This document shows, in pieces, positions 50,049-64,000 of a stretch of DNA of 64,000 nt (positions are counted from its first letter, which is position 1; every line of letters begins with the position of its first letter). Source of the DNA: Octopus sinensis (taxonomy: Eukaryota). Where the stretch lies: the NCBI RefSeq assembly GCF_006345805.1, contig NC_043017.1, forward strand, positions 32,984,001 to 33,048,000. The letters run 5' to 3'. Made by a program: the position numbers and the translations under genes. The notes beneath the pieces are model-generated. The model had not been told where the DNA came from and made no database searches. It saw nothing but the letters and a program-made list of their open reading frames with translations.

Positions 50049-50544
50049 CAGATATCTTTTCATATTCGATCTCTAATATGTTCAGAGATTATGACTCGTT
50101 AGTGTATCAAGGGAGCATACACACACGCGCTCACACACACACACACACACCAAACACACATACACACATCATATAAATATATATATATCTGCATGTATAT
50201 TTTATATCATTCTATACGTTGGAGACAGACACAACTGGCTTCACACGACCTACTTCAAATTATTCCACTAAACACGATACTCCAATAAAAACAAACTCTC
50301 AACCATCTCAAAGACTTTCTACGACTTCCTATCGTCTGAACCAATACACTACATTCCATAAGAGTTCGGTTAGTCCATTCTTTCAATCACACAGGAGTGT
50401 CAATGACTCTCGCCACAACAGTATGTATAGTATGTACGTATACATTTTTCTGTTACATTTTTTTCTTTCCACCCCCGTTCCTACTTTTCAGACAGTGCAC
50501 GTGCACAGATTCACACGTGCATATCCTCACACAAACCGGTACTA

Positions 50545-50770
50545 CGAGCTGGCAGAAACGTTAGCGCGCTGGGCGAAATGCTTAGCGGTATTTCGTCTGC
50601 CGTTACGTTGTGAGTTCAAATTCCGCCAAGGTCGACTTTGCCTTTCATCCTTTCGGGGTCGATAAATTAAGTACCAGTTACGCACTGGGGTCGATGTAAT
50701 CGACTTAATACCTATGTCTGTCCTTGTTTGTCCCCTCTATGTTTAGCCCCTTGTGGGTAATAAAGAAATA
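50545..50770 (+). mobile_element. SINE family B
   Basis: Colinear match. Confidence 0.9.
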
Positions 50771-50887
50771 GAAATAGGTACTACCACACATCTACACACA
50801 TAAATCGATGTGTGTGTGTACATATATATATATATATATATATACATACACACATATACATACACACACATGTATGTATGTATATAT

Positions 50888-51208
50888 ATTTCTTTACTGC
50901 CCACAAGGGGCTAAACATAGAGGGGACAAACAAAGACAGACAAAGAGATTAAGTCGATTACATCGACCCGAGTGCGTAACTGGTACTTAATTTATCGTCC
51001 CCGAAAAGATGAAATGCAAAGTCGACCTCGTTATATATATATACGATGGGCTTCTTTCAGTTTCCATCTACCAAATCCACTCATAAGGCTTTGGTTGGCC
51101 CAAAGCTATCGTAGAAGACACTTACCCAAAGTGCCACGCAGTGGGACTGAACCCGGAACCATGTGGCTCATAGCAAGCTTCTTACCACACAGCCACTCCT
51201 GCGCCTAT
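50888..51208 (-). mobile_element. SINE B 3' fragment (50888-51030) abutting a SINE A 5' half (51030-51208)
   Basis: Colinear matches to both families. Confidence 0.8.
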
Positions 51209-51478
51209 AGTTGGAAATATATGTATATATTAATACATACAAGCAAATCAGTTATATAGAATTACATACAAAATGTAGAAATATAGACTCAACCAATTTA
51301 ACAAATCAAGAGACTGCAAGTTTGGAAAATACAAAATTGCTAAGTCAGAGATATACAAATTTATAGGTGTAAGGATTACAGATATGCTTATTCCAAATGT
51401 AATGATTATTTTGGTAATGATATGCACAATTAGAAAAGAAACTGAAAAGCAAACGCAGAGAAGGTAATTGAATTTACA

Positions 51479-51802
51479 TGGATGGAAGCACTCCGTCGGT
51501 TACGACGACGAGGGTTCCGGTTGATCCGAATCAACGGAACAGCCTGCTCGTGAAATTAACGTGTAAGTGGATGAGCACTCCGCAGGACGTGTACCCTTAA
51601 CGTAGTTCTCGGGGATATTCAGCGTGACACAGAGAGTGACAAGGCCGGCCCTTTGAAATACAGGTACAACAGAAACGGATCCTCGTGGAGCTTTAGGTGT
51701 TTTCGCTCAATAAACACTCACAACGCCCGGTCTGGGAATCGAAACCGCGATCCTATGACCGCGAGTCCGCTGCCCTAACCACTGGGCCATTGCGCCTCCA
51801 CA
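51479..51802 (-). mobile_element. SINE family C type 1 with an internal deletion
   Basis: TSD TAATTGAATTTACA at 51465-51478 and 51803-51816. Confidence 0.9.
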
Positions 51803-51912
51803 TAATTGAATTTACAATACATCTAAGAAATGTCAGCCTCTTTATACTTCTCTCTTTCTCAGACAAGTTTAGCTGACAATGGGTATTGGCAATATTTTCC
51901 CACAAAATATAA

Positions 51913-52310
51913 GGCGGTGAACTGGCAGAATCGTTAGCACGCTGGGCGAAATGTTTAGCAGTATTTCGTCTGCCGTTACGTTCTGAGTTCAAATTCCGCC
52001 GAGGTCGACTTTGCCTTTCATCCTTTCTGGGTCGATAAATTAAGTACCAGTTACGCACTGAGGTCTATGTGATCGACTTAATCCCTTTGTCTGTCCTTGT
52101 TTGTCCCCTCTGTGATTAGTCCCTTGTGGGTAGTAAAGAAATAGGTATTTCGTCCATCGCTACCTCCTGGGTTCAAATTCCGCCGAAGTCGATTTTGCCT
52201 TTCATTCTTTCGGGGTCAAAATAAGTATCAGTGGAGCACTGGGGTCGATGTAATTGACTTAGCCCCATTCTCCAAAATTGCTGGCCTTGTGCCAAAATTT
52301 GAAACCAATA
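51913..52310 (+). mobile_element. SINE family B, two units, the second with the alternative tail
   Basis: Second unit ends AAATTGCTGGCCTTGTGCCAAAATTTGAAACCAAT. Confidence 0.85.
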
Positions 52311-52612
52311 TTTTCCTAAGAAGTCTATTGTCTATTGTCTCATGACTAATGTCTTCCAAGAAAAATGTCTGTATTTCGATTGTAACATGAAGAAGAGTAT
52401 TATATTTTTCATGTCACCTGAGGACGAAGTTGGGTCACTCCTGACTTGTAATGGACAAACCTCAAAAGTCCACAGTGCTAGACACAGAAAACCACAATCG
52501 GGAAACTGCAAATAGTGACTCGTACAAATTCAACTTAGAATATATATTGCTATTTCGCTTTATCCAAAAGTATTGCGTACATTTTGACACTTAACTCTGC
52601 CATTGCTCAACT

Positions 52613-53850
<1,238 letters not shown>

Positions 53851-54659
53851 GACATGCACACGCACACATCTACTGAGTTTTGTTACTCAAGATATACATA
53901 AAATAGACCAATTACAATACATTACAGATATAAATAGCGAAAAATGAATTTTGAAAGATATCCGCTAAACAAGTAATACATATTAGAATTGGTACTACTG
54001 ATCAACGAGATAACTTTGTAATATTGTCATTGTGATAACTGTATACACTAAAAAAACTATATTTGGTAGAGAATGTATGGGAAATGGAAAAATAAAACAT
54101 TTTCTGATTAGACAGATCCATCTTTTTTCTATATATTCTTTTCTGTTAGCAAAAATCATTTATTTTCTAACAATTCACCATTAAATTATACATCAGCCTT
54201 TCAATATGAACTGCCTGAATCAATGAAGGAATTTCTGTACGCTTGTTGCACTGGATAAAATTTAGCAGCTTCTTCTCACTCATATGGTATAGCTAAAACG
54301 TGTGCTGTCCCAGGCAGCCCTTGTCACCTAACCCTTTGGCCCCTTAACCTATACAGGTTTATACAGCAAGCCTAAAAAATGTGACGACCCTATAAAGGTG
54401 TCACTGGGGAGTGGACCACCACTCATCCCTCCCCTAGTTATGCTACTGACCCTTCAAATCCCAACCAATCATCAACAAATTGAAAGATATTTATTAGGCT
54501 ACAGAATTCCTGATGCACAAAAAATTGGTTCTGGCATTTCTGGAATAAAGTTGATCAACTCAGTAAAAACCTAAAGAGGAGCGAAACGCTAAAACAAGGG
54601 CTACATTAATATTATTTTCGTACCATGCAAATACATAGCAATCAATATGATGTGTGTGT

Positions 54660-54880
54660 GTATATATATTTCATTCTCTCCTTCTTTCTGTGTTTCTTCT
54701 CTGTGTATCTTTCTGTTGAAGAGCGTAGGCTCGAAACGTTAAAGACTTGTTTTATTTATATTTCCTGAGCGCCATACTAATACAATTGTTTGTTTGTATT
54801 CCACCTGCCTTCGTCTTTTGTTTATTTCCGTAAACCTACCTTCGTCTTTTGTCTATTTTCATAAAGCTTCCCGTTATATA
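54660..54880 (+). mobile_element. Family E variant with a hammerhead-like motif (54709-54744)
   Basis: CTTT-CTGTTGA-A-GAGC gtag GCTC-GAAAC-GTT-AAAG. Confidence 0.7.
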
Positions 54881-54989
54881 TATATAATATATATATATAT
54901 ATAGTTCTATATTTAAGAGATAAGGAATTATGTACTTTATTTACATCATTTACAATTGATGGATATTTGTCCTCATCTTGCTTGTTGTT

Positions 54990-55035
54990 AACACAACGTT
55001 TCGGCTGATATACCCTCCAGCCTTCATCAGGTGTC
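54990..55035 (-). ncRNA. Minimal type-I hammerhead-ribozyme-like motif
   Basis: GACAC-CTGATGA-A-GGCTG gagggtatat CAGCC-GAAAC-GTT-GTGTT: intact core, 5-bp stem II, palindromic ACGT in place of stem III, stem I GACAC/GTGTT. Confidence 0.7.
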
Positions 55036-55803
55036 TTGGGGAAATTTTGAACCGGGGTTCTCATTCCTAAGGTATTTTTCAATGTCGTTGCTGTTGTTAT
55101 TATTATTTCTATTATTATTAGTAGTATTATTCAAGTCACTGCTTGGAATCGACCTCGGAAACTTCGGGTTCGTACCCCCCACTCTCTTAACCACTACGCC
55201 ATATGTCCGTGGGCAATTATGGAGTGAATTTTAGGGCTTATAAATCTAATATTCTCCTATCCTTCCTTAATACCAGTTCCCATATGCTGCTCCCGGTCTG
55301 CTTAGGAGGTTGTCGTGTCCTAGCATATCTGCTGCTTCTTTTAGTTTCCGTATTTTCCAGTGGTGTTCTCTGTCTATTATTTTAACTTCATCCCACAGGG
55401 GAGGTGGTCTCCATTTTCCCATACATGATCAGCTATACCTGGTTTATCAATATCTCCTCATGTCACAGCTTTGCGATGTTCCTCTACCCTTTATTCTGAG
55501 GGTGGGTGGCATATTTAGCCTTTGTATAACCGACCACAGCTGCTTAGGATGGAGTACACAGTTCTTAGTCATATTCTCTTCTATTGGTGGTTTTACTCGG
55601 AGATATTTGCGAAGTATTGTATTACTTTTGAATACTGTCCTGATGTCATATGGGCTGCATATCTTTTGTATCTTTTCGGAGAGGCCTTTCACATAGGGTA
55701 AACAGATTGTGGACAGTTTATTGGTTTCATCCTCTCTTTTCTTCATAATTGGAGTGGATAGTATGCTTTTGGGGTAGTTGTTGCTTAGATTGTTACTGAT
55801 GAA

Positions 55804-55849
55804 GACTTCTGATGAAGGCTAGATGGTATATCAGTCGAAACGTTGTGTT
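55804..55849 (+). ncRNA. Degenerate inverted copy of the same hammerhead-like motif
   Basis: GACTT-CTGATGA-A-GGCTAgatggtatatCAGTC-GAAAC-GTT-GTGTT; stems I and II weakened. Confidence 0.5.
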
Positions 55850-55921
55850 AACAACACACACACATATATAATAAATACACACACTCACATATATTGATTG
55901 ATATATATTTGTGTGCGGGAA

Positions 55922-56152
55922 GGCGGCGAGCTGGCAGAAACGTTAGCCCGCCGGGCAAACTGCGTAGCCGTATTTCGTCTGCCGTTACGTTCTGAGTTCA
56001 AATTCCGCCGAGGTCGACTTTGGCTTTCATCCTTGCGGGGTCGATAAATTAAGTACCAATTACGCACTGGGGTCGATGTAATCGACTTAATTCGTTTGTC
56101 TGTCCTTGTTTGTCCCATCTATGTTTAGCCCCTTGTGGGTAATAAAGAAACA
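55922..56152 (+). mobile_element. SINE family B
   Basis: Full single-unit copy. Confidence 0.92.
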
Positions 56153-56675
56153 TATATATTAGTGTGTGTGTGTATGTGTGTGTATATGACATAAGCATCC
56201 TTTCCAGATTATGTGCAGCGCCCAATTTAGTAACCTATGGTTGGTAGTTATCCTCAACATCGAAACCTACAGTTTCAGGTTTGATACCGTTTTGCTTCAG
56301 TAAAGGCAAGTTTAGAATCAAAGTTTTTTCAGTGAATTGGGGAGATATATGCAAAATCAGGAGGAATGTATTGTCATTGGAGGAAATCCTTGAACCATTG
56401 TCTCTTTTAAAACCACCAACTATAGTTTCGTTACTTCAAGCAGAGTCAATCTCTTCCAATCGTTAGGACCATAACTTCCTTCTCTTTCTCTCAATTACCA
56501 GCTTCGGATGGTTCGGGTATTCTCACTGGCGCTGTTCTACTCCCTATGATTAAACCATATACAAGAAAAAGAGTAAGAACAAATGTAATAAAGTAATTGG
56601 TCTTGCACTTCAAACCTTAAATGCAAAGATATTTAGTCCTGAACTTAACATTCATAGTGTATAAGTGTTTGAAAT

Positions 56676-56820
56676 GAAGTAAGTAGCTTGCTAACCAACC
56701 ACATGGTTCCGGGTTCAGTCCCACTGCGTGGCATCTTGGGCAAGTGTCTTCTGCTATAGCTGCGGGCCGACCATGCCTTGTGATTGGATTTGGTAGACGG
56801 AAACTGAAAGAAGCCTGTCG

Positions 56821-56881
<61 letters not shown>

Positions 56882-56898
56882 GGTGTGTGTGTGTGTGT

Positions 56899-56932
<34 letters not shown>

Positions 56933-57150
56933 TGTGTATGTGTTTGGTGTGTCTGTGTTTGTCCCCCTAGCATTGCTTGACCACCGATGCTGGTGTGTTT
57001 ATGTCCCCGTTACTTAGCGGTTCGTCAAAAAGAGACCGATAGAATAAGTATTGGGCTTACAAAAGAATAAGTCCCGGGGTCGAGTTGCTCGAATAAAGGT
57101 GGTGCTCCAGCATGGTCACAGTCAAAATGACTGAAACAAGTAAAAGCGTA
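56676..57150 (+). mobile_element. SINE family A
   Basis: Colinear match. Confidence 0.88.
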
Positions 57151-57493
57151 ACGAGTATCAGCACAAACTGTCTGAAAACACTTTTACTTACTATATTTAA
57201 TGGCGCATAAAACACATTTTTGTCCTCCAAAATGTCTCAAAAGCTCCCTCGTGACCTATATGCAAAGTTCGACCTGTATTACATGCTTTAATTCACCAAA
57301 AAACATTATGTGCCGGAATATACGTTGCTGAAATTAGGGCATGTCTAATACACCGGTGCATATGTAATGGCATCAAATATAGTAATATTTTACATAAGAA
57401 TCGAAATTCTTTTACCACCGAACCATTCCCGTAGTAATAACTGTAAGACTATTTTTCCATTTATCTATTCTAATACGTACTTCAATAAGCTAT

Positions 57494-57880
57494 GTGGAGG
57501 CGCAATGGCCCAGTGGTTAGGGCAGCGGACTCGCGGTCATAGGATCGCGGTTTCGATTCCCAGACCGGGCGTTGTGAGTGTTTATTGAGCGAAAACACCT
57601 AAAAGCTCCACGAGGCTCCGGCAGGGGATGGTGGTGATCCCTGCTGTACTCTTTCACCACAACTTTCTCTCACTCTTACTTCCTGTTTCTGTTGTACCTG
57701 TATTTCAAGGGGCCGGCCTTGTCACTCTCTGTGTCACGCTGAATATCCCCGAGAACTACGTTAAGGGTACACGTGTCTGTGGAGTGCTCAGCCCCTTACA
57801 CGTTAATTTCACGAGCAGGCTGTTCCGTTGATTCGGATCAACCGGAACCCTCATCGTCGTAACCGACAGAGTGCTTCCAC
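57494..57880 (+). mobile_element. SINE family C type 1, full length
   Basis: TSD TCAATAAGCTAT at 57482-57493 and 57881-57892. Confidence 0.92.
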
Positions 57881-60239
57881 TCAATAAGCTATATGTTTGT
57901 CAATAATATTTCTTCTAACGAAGTTCTCTACTCCTAAATACTTGAAATGAACAACAGAGAACTAAGCAGCTTCGGTGTGTTTGATTTATCTATGAGCAAA
58001 TAATTGTCAGCATCTCCTTCATGTCATGATTTGGCATACAGAATGGAAAGAAATCACATTGGAAAATGTTGTTCTACATACGCTATGCTTTACGAAGTGA
58101 TGGGATGTCGACAATTTGAATACGTTTCATCGGAGGCTCAATTAAATTTGAAGTAGTGCAGAACATCATCAAGAACAACAACATTAATCCCTCCCACATA
58201 ATTTTCATCCTGGTCTAATTTCTTTGTTGCTGAACTAGACACTTCTTCCAACCCTTCTTACAAAGAACTACATTCAATTTTTTTGCAGTATCTAATAAAA
58301 TAAACATTACATTATTTATAATATTATTCTGTCCGTGAGGTGTTCAATGTTTGCCAATTTTGACGATGGAATGAGATCAAAGGCATAAGGGAAGCCATTA
58401 ACATTACCGAAACTAATTTGAGTGTTATGCTTCAAATAACCTTAACTATTGAAGTCATAACTGAATTAACTAACATATTGCCATAAATTTGAATGTTACA
58501 TTTTTTAATACCTTTAAATATAGAACAGAATCAAAGATATTCGAAATTCTAAACGAAAGTAGACAAAGATACGAAGCACAATAACTTTATGTATCAAAAT
58601 AGAAATAAGGTGACTCATGAAATAAGGCATTTCTATGGGTCCTTTAGCTACAAGTAAAATAAAATCATAAATCAATTTGTGACCATATCTCAATATTTCA
58701 TCATATAATACTTCAAATATTTTCCCAAAGCGATCTCAAATTTAAAGGGTTTAATAGAATTGAATCTTCTTAAATTTCTTCCAACGACCTGAAATATTTC
58801 AAACTTTCACTGATTACTTTTAAAGAATATAGTTTTCAAAATAACCTGGTGTACTTGTAACTACTTTAATAATAATTTCTACAAAGAAATTAATGTATTT
58901 TTTGTCATCAGCATACAAAACTATAATTTGGTGAAAAGTTTTTTTTTTTAAATCAGATGGTTGGAAGATTTTTAACAAGATCCATAAAATTGTTTCCTTA
59001 AATACTCAAACATCTAGGTCCTGTTTGGTATATAATTTAGCAAATGATTCGTACATGATATCCTAACGAAAGTTTCAATTAAGATATAAGCACATTAAAA
59101 GCATTGTTTTGTATGTTAAAAAAACTGTTTTGTCTTGGGCATATTGGTGTCAAAAAGTTGAAATTGTATCCATCAATCTTTTAAGGCATAAATATCACAA
59201 GTAATTGCTACTGAAATATGAAATCAGGTCACAGGCACAAAATCTGCGCAACTATATAATTCCTGTCCTGTCTGGGCTCACAGGAAAATAAAAAAAAACA
59301 ATTATAAATAAACACCACTAGCAAAAGATTATGCAGAAATGAAATGCGTTACATGGTCATTAAAGTCTGTTGTTGCCAAAGCTAGTGAAGTTTACCTTAT
59401 TAATAAATATATTTGCCATTTGACCTGCTAGAGGTGGAGCTGGGTGTCAGTCTTTCATTGTCCCTTATGAATTTAACAAGCGGCAGAATAGACTAAATGA
59501 ACCTTGACAGAATGTATGCCAGCAGCTGAGATGTAAGCTAACAGCTAGCAGTCATTAATGAGAAAATATCATTGTTGTCGTGTCAGAGTCAGTAAGAACA
59601 TTTCAGCTGAAGATAAAGAGATATATTTCTCGGATGGCTATACATGTCAAACGTTGTTTTGGCAATTCCATTCACAAGATTTTAACCTCTAATAAATCTT
59701 CTGGAAACAATTTACCAAATTGAAATTGATATCTGTTTTGAATAGAATAGTTATAGAGAAGTATGGCATTCTTATCGAAGATGCAGAGTAGGTTCTCCCG
59801 GAACAGAAGTTTTCATAAAATATAAAAACAAAGATTCGTAGGACGATAAAAAAAAAAGAAAGAAAAACTCGCTCAAGAAGGCCTGTCAGAGTCTCTGAAA
59901 TATATTCTTAGACATTATGTGTTGTTCATTGTAGAGGCAAATCTTGAATCAATAAACACATTTTGAATCTTTTCAAATTGTAGAATAATGGATAAGATGA
60001 ATTAGATAATTTAGTTGGCATCTAATTTTCATGCTGAAGGAACACCTAGACACACAGACACTGAAAGTATTTGAAAGAGCAGCCAACTCTCCCTTAAATC
60101 ACAATCTACCATTTACAGTAAAAGTTATACTGGACCATAAGCATTTCCTTATCTTATTTTATTTTTCCGCTTGTTTCAGCCATTGGATTGTAACATGGCT
60201 GGAGCGCCACCTTGAAATAAGTATATTTGAAACCATTAA

Positions 60240-60458
60240 TAATAATGAATTCAAATGTTGGCACAAGGCCAGCAATTTTATGGGACGGGTAAGTCGATTA
60301 CATCGACGCCACTACTCGACTGGTATTCATTTAATCAATCCCGAGAGGGTGAAAGGCGAAGTCAAACTCGGTGGAATTTGAACTGAGAACATTAAGACAG
60401 ACGAAATGCCGCTAAGTATTTTGCCCGGTACACTAACAATTCTGCCAGCTTGCCGCTT
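60240..60458 (-). mobile_element. Older SINE B with the alternative tail
   Basis: Diverged colinear match. Confidence 0.7.
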
Positions 60459-60599
60459 GAAATGTATAAATATGAACTATTTCTACATAAAACATCACAT
60501 AATCTTTATATACTTATCAAATTCCCTACAGAAAATAAAGAATAATGATATAAAAATTACGATCCCAGTGTCTTTCTTTGGAATGTGGCTATGTGTGTG

Positions 60600-60621
60600 T
60601 GTGTGCCTATTTATGTGTATA

Positions 60622-60654
<33 letters not shown>

Positions 60655-60663
60655 CTATCTATC

Positions 60664-60733
<70 letters not shown>

Positions 60734-60742
60734 GTCTGTCTG
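60600..60742. repeat. (TCTG)n/(TCTA)n microsatellite
   Basis: Direct reading. Confidence 0.95.
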
Positions 60743-60762
60743 TTTAACTTTGTATCAATGTA

Positions 60763-61260
60763 CCAGGTTGAGTCAAAAGTCTTTCGTATTTCAGGCTGTA
60801 ATTAATTGTTCAAACAAGTTGTTTACAAAATGTGTTTATTCATCAAAAGATATCCTATCACAATCTGTTGTCTGTTGTCATCGTTATGCCAGAAGTTCAA
60901 TTCCACACATTTACCATTTTGCTGCTTTAGAGGCAAAAAAACTCCATGTACCCATTTTCAACTTCATCCACATTGCTGAACCTCCGTCTGCGCTGGAAAT
61001 GAGCCGAGGCTGAGAAAAGGTGCCGATCTGATGGTGCAAAACTTGAACAGCCGGCAGGATGAGATAACACTTCCATCTCCTCAAGTTTCTCACTTTTGTA
61101 CTTCGTCACATTAGCCGTGTGTAGTGGACCATTGTCATGCTGTAGAAGTGTACATCTTTGATTGACCAATGCGGGTAGCGGGCGTTCGAAACGTTATTCC
61201 TTGAAACTTCTGAACTGGATTTATGCCACATGTCCTTTGACAGTTCCTGGGCCTACCACA
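60763..61260 (-). mobile_element. mariner transposase remnant (C-terminal DDD region) with one terminus
   Basis: LLQHDNGPLHTANVTK..LEEMEVLSHP...FAPSDRHLF matches mariner HDNA.PH and HP.YSPDLAP.D motifs; TA|CCAGGTTGAGTCAAAAGT terminus. Confidence 0.85.
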
Positions 61261-62129
61261 TCATTAATTTCTTTTGTCGCTGCCCTTACGCTCTGTCATT
61301 TTCTCACGGGTGGCATAAAATGCCTCTAATTGCAAATCTTCATCACTCTTTAACCAAAGCTGTAAAGTAAAAGAATATACAATTAATGTTCATATGTTGT
61401 ATACGAGAATAACAACAAACAATTCCACGATTGGACGACAAATTGCATCAAAATTAACGATACAGCATGGAGATACAAATTGCCAAATATTATTGGTGAA
61501 AATTCCCAAAAAACTTTTGATTCAATGTGGTATCTAATAATAAAACAGACGAATAGATTTTATGATACATGTATCGATGCAAGTGTTTCATTAAGAGATT
61601 TTACTGTGATCTAACATCAATAAAGTAATCAGGTGTAGATGAGCTAAATTCGTAAGATTATGCAACACGTTACATACAACCTCCCAAATATTCGGGTTAC
61701 ACCGTAATGTGCTACTAAAATTCAGGTGAGCAACTCATCACTAGTTACCTGTTTCAAATTTCGTATGATTGAAGATTTAGGAGATTCTCTGTAATGTATT
61801 GCCATAATCTTATGAATTTTTGCACGTCTATTCAGGCCAACTTGTTTGATGTTACATCACAATAAAATCGTTAATGAAACATTTTTTTTTGATATATCAT
61901 AAAATCCAATCGTCTGTTTTATGTATTGTATGACACCATGCCTGAAGTTCAATATTACATTGGATAGTCTTGGATTTTCAGGATATTAAGCACCGGTGAA
62001 CTTTTCTTTGTCGTAGCATTCTTTGCAAACTGAATAGGTTGTTTAATCTGCTGATTTAAATAATACTGTCTTGCCATCATAGGCAGCCTCACATCGATCT
62101 GGCTTGATCTATTCAATAGATCACCATCA

Positions 62130-62189
62130 ACACCATCTATCTATCTGTCTGTCTATCTGTCTATATGTCTGTCTGCCTGTCTGCCTGTT

Positions 62190-62222
<33 letters not shown>

Positions 62223-62253
62223 ATCTTATCTATCTATCAATCAATCAATTAAT

Positions 62254-62294
<41 letters not shown>

Positions 62295-62318
62295 CATCTA
62301 TCTGTCTGTCTATCTATC

Positions 62319-62390
<72 letters not shown>

Positions 62391-62420
62391 CACACAAACA
62401 CACACACACGCATATACATA
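62130..62420. repeat. (TCTA)n/(CT)n/(TA)n microsatellite field
   Basis: Direct reading. Confidence 0.9.
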
Positions 62421-62460
62421 TATACATGTATCTGCATGGGTACGCGTGCGCGTGTGCATA

Positions 62461-63547
62461 CAGGTGTTCGGTCTAAATTTGATGATTTTTTGTCTCAATG
62501 TTTTACAGGAACAGAGGACAGTCAACGGTGTTTGAGAGCATAAAATTTAAAGTTGTAACTGAAAAAAAAGTTAGTTGGCATGCGGAACTGGAAGCCACCT
62601 GAATATTGAAAAAAGAGTTACCTGTGTAACGATGATTGGTGCCGGATATCAAAGTGCCGGCATCATGAATATTATGCAATGTTTTGTGAACGCTGTAAAA
62701 GCTTTTAAGACATGTCCCACGTGTCATGAAAACCAAATTGTCCCAAAATGTGATGGCCTTTGAGTATATTTCCGGCGGGGATGATATCTCTTTCTTTACT
62801 ACCCACAAGGGGCTAAACACAGAGGGGACAAACAAGGACAGACAAACGGATTAAGTCGATTATATCGACCCCAGTACGTAACTGGTACTTATTTAATCGA
62901 CCCCGAAAGGATGAAAGGCAAAGTCGACCTCGGCGGAATTTGAACTCAGAACGTAGCGGCAGACGAAATACGGCTACGCGTTTCGCCCGGCGTGCTAACG
63001 TTTCTGGGGATAATACCGTGCTGCCCCACATATTAGAAGAGGGCCTTAGGCTATGTGAAGTTGCTGGATACTGTGGTCAAGCCCTGGTTGGAGTGGGTTG
63101 CTGCTGGAAGGTCATGTGCGGAAGCAGGATTCAGTTCCTTGCCATACCCCTGGAAAGAGTCAGAAATGGCTCTCAGAATTTCTACGGCGTCATAATCCCA
63201 TTGTCTGGCCTCATGATTTCCCTGATTGCAATCCCAATGATTACAATGCGTGGGGAGCGGTTGAGAAAGGCACCAGCCGCTCTACCTGCAATACCAAGGC
63301 AGAGATAAATGCCACCACATGGAGGTGCTCGATGATCTTCCCAAGGATATAGTGAGAAACGCATGCACCAGGTTCTAGATCCATTTTGAAATTCTGATGG
63401 AAACTGGAGGCGATTACTTTGAGTAAACTATTATTCCCCAGCCATAGTCTAGTTGATATTTTTTTGATTTTTCAAAGTTCTTTTTCGATGGGATATTATA
63501 TTTTCGTTTCCTTCTATGAAAGCTATCAAACTTAGCACGAACACACG
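62461..63547 (+). mobile_element. Internally deleted maT (DD37D)-like Tc1/mariner element
   Basis: KQDSVPCHT..KSQKWLSE...VWPHDFPDCNPNDYNAWGAVEK matches QD.AP.H and WPP.SPD.NP.D motifs; imperfect TIRs GTGTTCGGTCTAAATTTGAT (62464-62483) and ATCAAACTTAGCACGAACAC (63525-63544); TA at 62459-62460. Confidence 0.75.
62788..63006 (-). mobile_element. SINE family B inserted in the maT-like element
   Basis: Colinear match. Confidence 0.9.
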
Positions 63548-64000
63548 CACACACACACACACACACACATAACACACACACCACACACACACACACACGT
63601 CCATTTCATATGCATGTACATACATATTTCGTTTTCTCCTCTCTTTTACTTCCTGCTCTCACTTCAAAGCAAATGTCACCTATTCACTTTCTCCTCTCTT
63701 CAAAGCATAAAGAATTTTTTAAAAATTACGGAAATTAATGAATAGTCATATGATCCCATATGGTCGAACATATGATCGAGTTGACAGCTTTCCTGCTTCA
63801 AACGAAAGAGTGCAATAAATTAAATTCCTTTGACACACACACGCCCACACACAACACACAACACAACACACACACACACACACACACTGTAGGTAAAACG
63901 TCGTACAGTCCAAATCCAATTGAAATCACCTTTTTTCTATCCTGTAATTCGTGTTTGTGATGAATGTATTTAAAAACCTGAACTTCGATAGAAATTTAAA

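Larger units (their letters stand above)
48200..50090 (-). mobile_element. Decayed R4/Dong-like non-LTR retrotransposon RT region, interrupted by SINE A and MITE D
   Basis: Minus-strand frameshifted peptides DEDLRTALRKSSKWK..KDEIPHF, GITYLLTKS, EQNGCKQ..SQLLINKIILED..AWTDYK, YKYFG, FDIIEWSGSEI and VERLYLRQ match the R4-clade RT motif order (W.DY..AFD, YKYLG, RLYLPR). Confidence 0.75.
54903..55855 (-). mobile_element. Truncated Penelope-like element: decayed linker and GIY-YIG endonuclease, pLTR, and an inverted pLTR piece at the 5' end
   Basis: Minus-strand peptides ICLPYVKGLSEKIQKICSPYDIRTVFKSNTILRKYL, SCGRLYKG and RVEEHRKAV...GIADHVWENGDHLPLWDEVKIIDREHHWKIRKLKEA are typical of the PLE C-terminal half. 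Confidence 0.85.

Noticed and set aside
50219-50665. 148-aa Ser/Thr-rich ORF
   Set aside because: TTG start, no recognisable domain, runs into a SINE; probably an old retroelement fragment or a chance ORF in C-rich sequence.

Overview
AT-rich, repeat-dense eukaryotic DNA with one 100-N gap (5316-5415). The SINE complement and microsatellite load suggest an octopus-like cephalopod genome (inference, no database search). Most of the window is tRNA-derived SINEs (families called A, B and C here), microsatellites, MITEs and decayed autonomous elements: Penelope-like GIY-YIG, R4/Dong-like RT, RTE-like, Tx1/L1-like, mariner and maT/DD37D. Almost all ORFs in the supplied track are artefacts of these repeats. 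Main candidates: (1) 11083-11785 (+) looks like the terminal exon of an unfamiliar multi-copy neuropeptide precursor, with about 18 Y-E-E-N-L/F-G-K-R units, an acidic spacer, a unique GKR-containing C-terminus and a downstream AATAAA; it is broken only by indels in homopolymer-rich stretches. (2) Eight minimal type-I hammerhead-ribozyme-like motifs from three Penelope-related families, including an inverted pair with a U3-A8 covariant core. (3) A SINE-B 3' tail matching the 3' end of the Tx1-like LINE in the same window, plus concatemeric SINE arrays and head/tail shuffling among SINEs.
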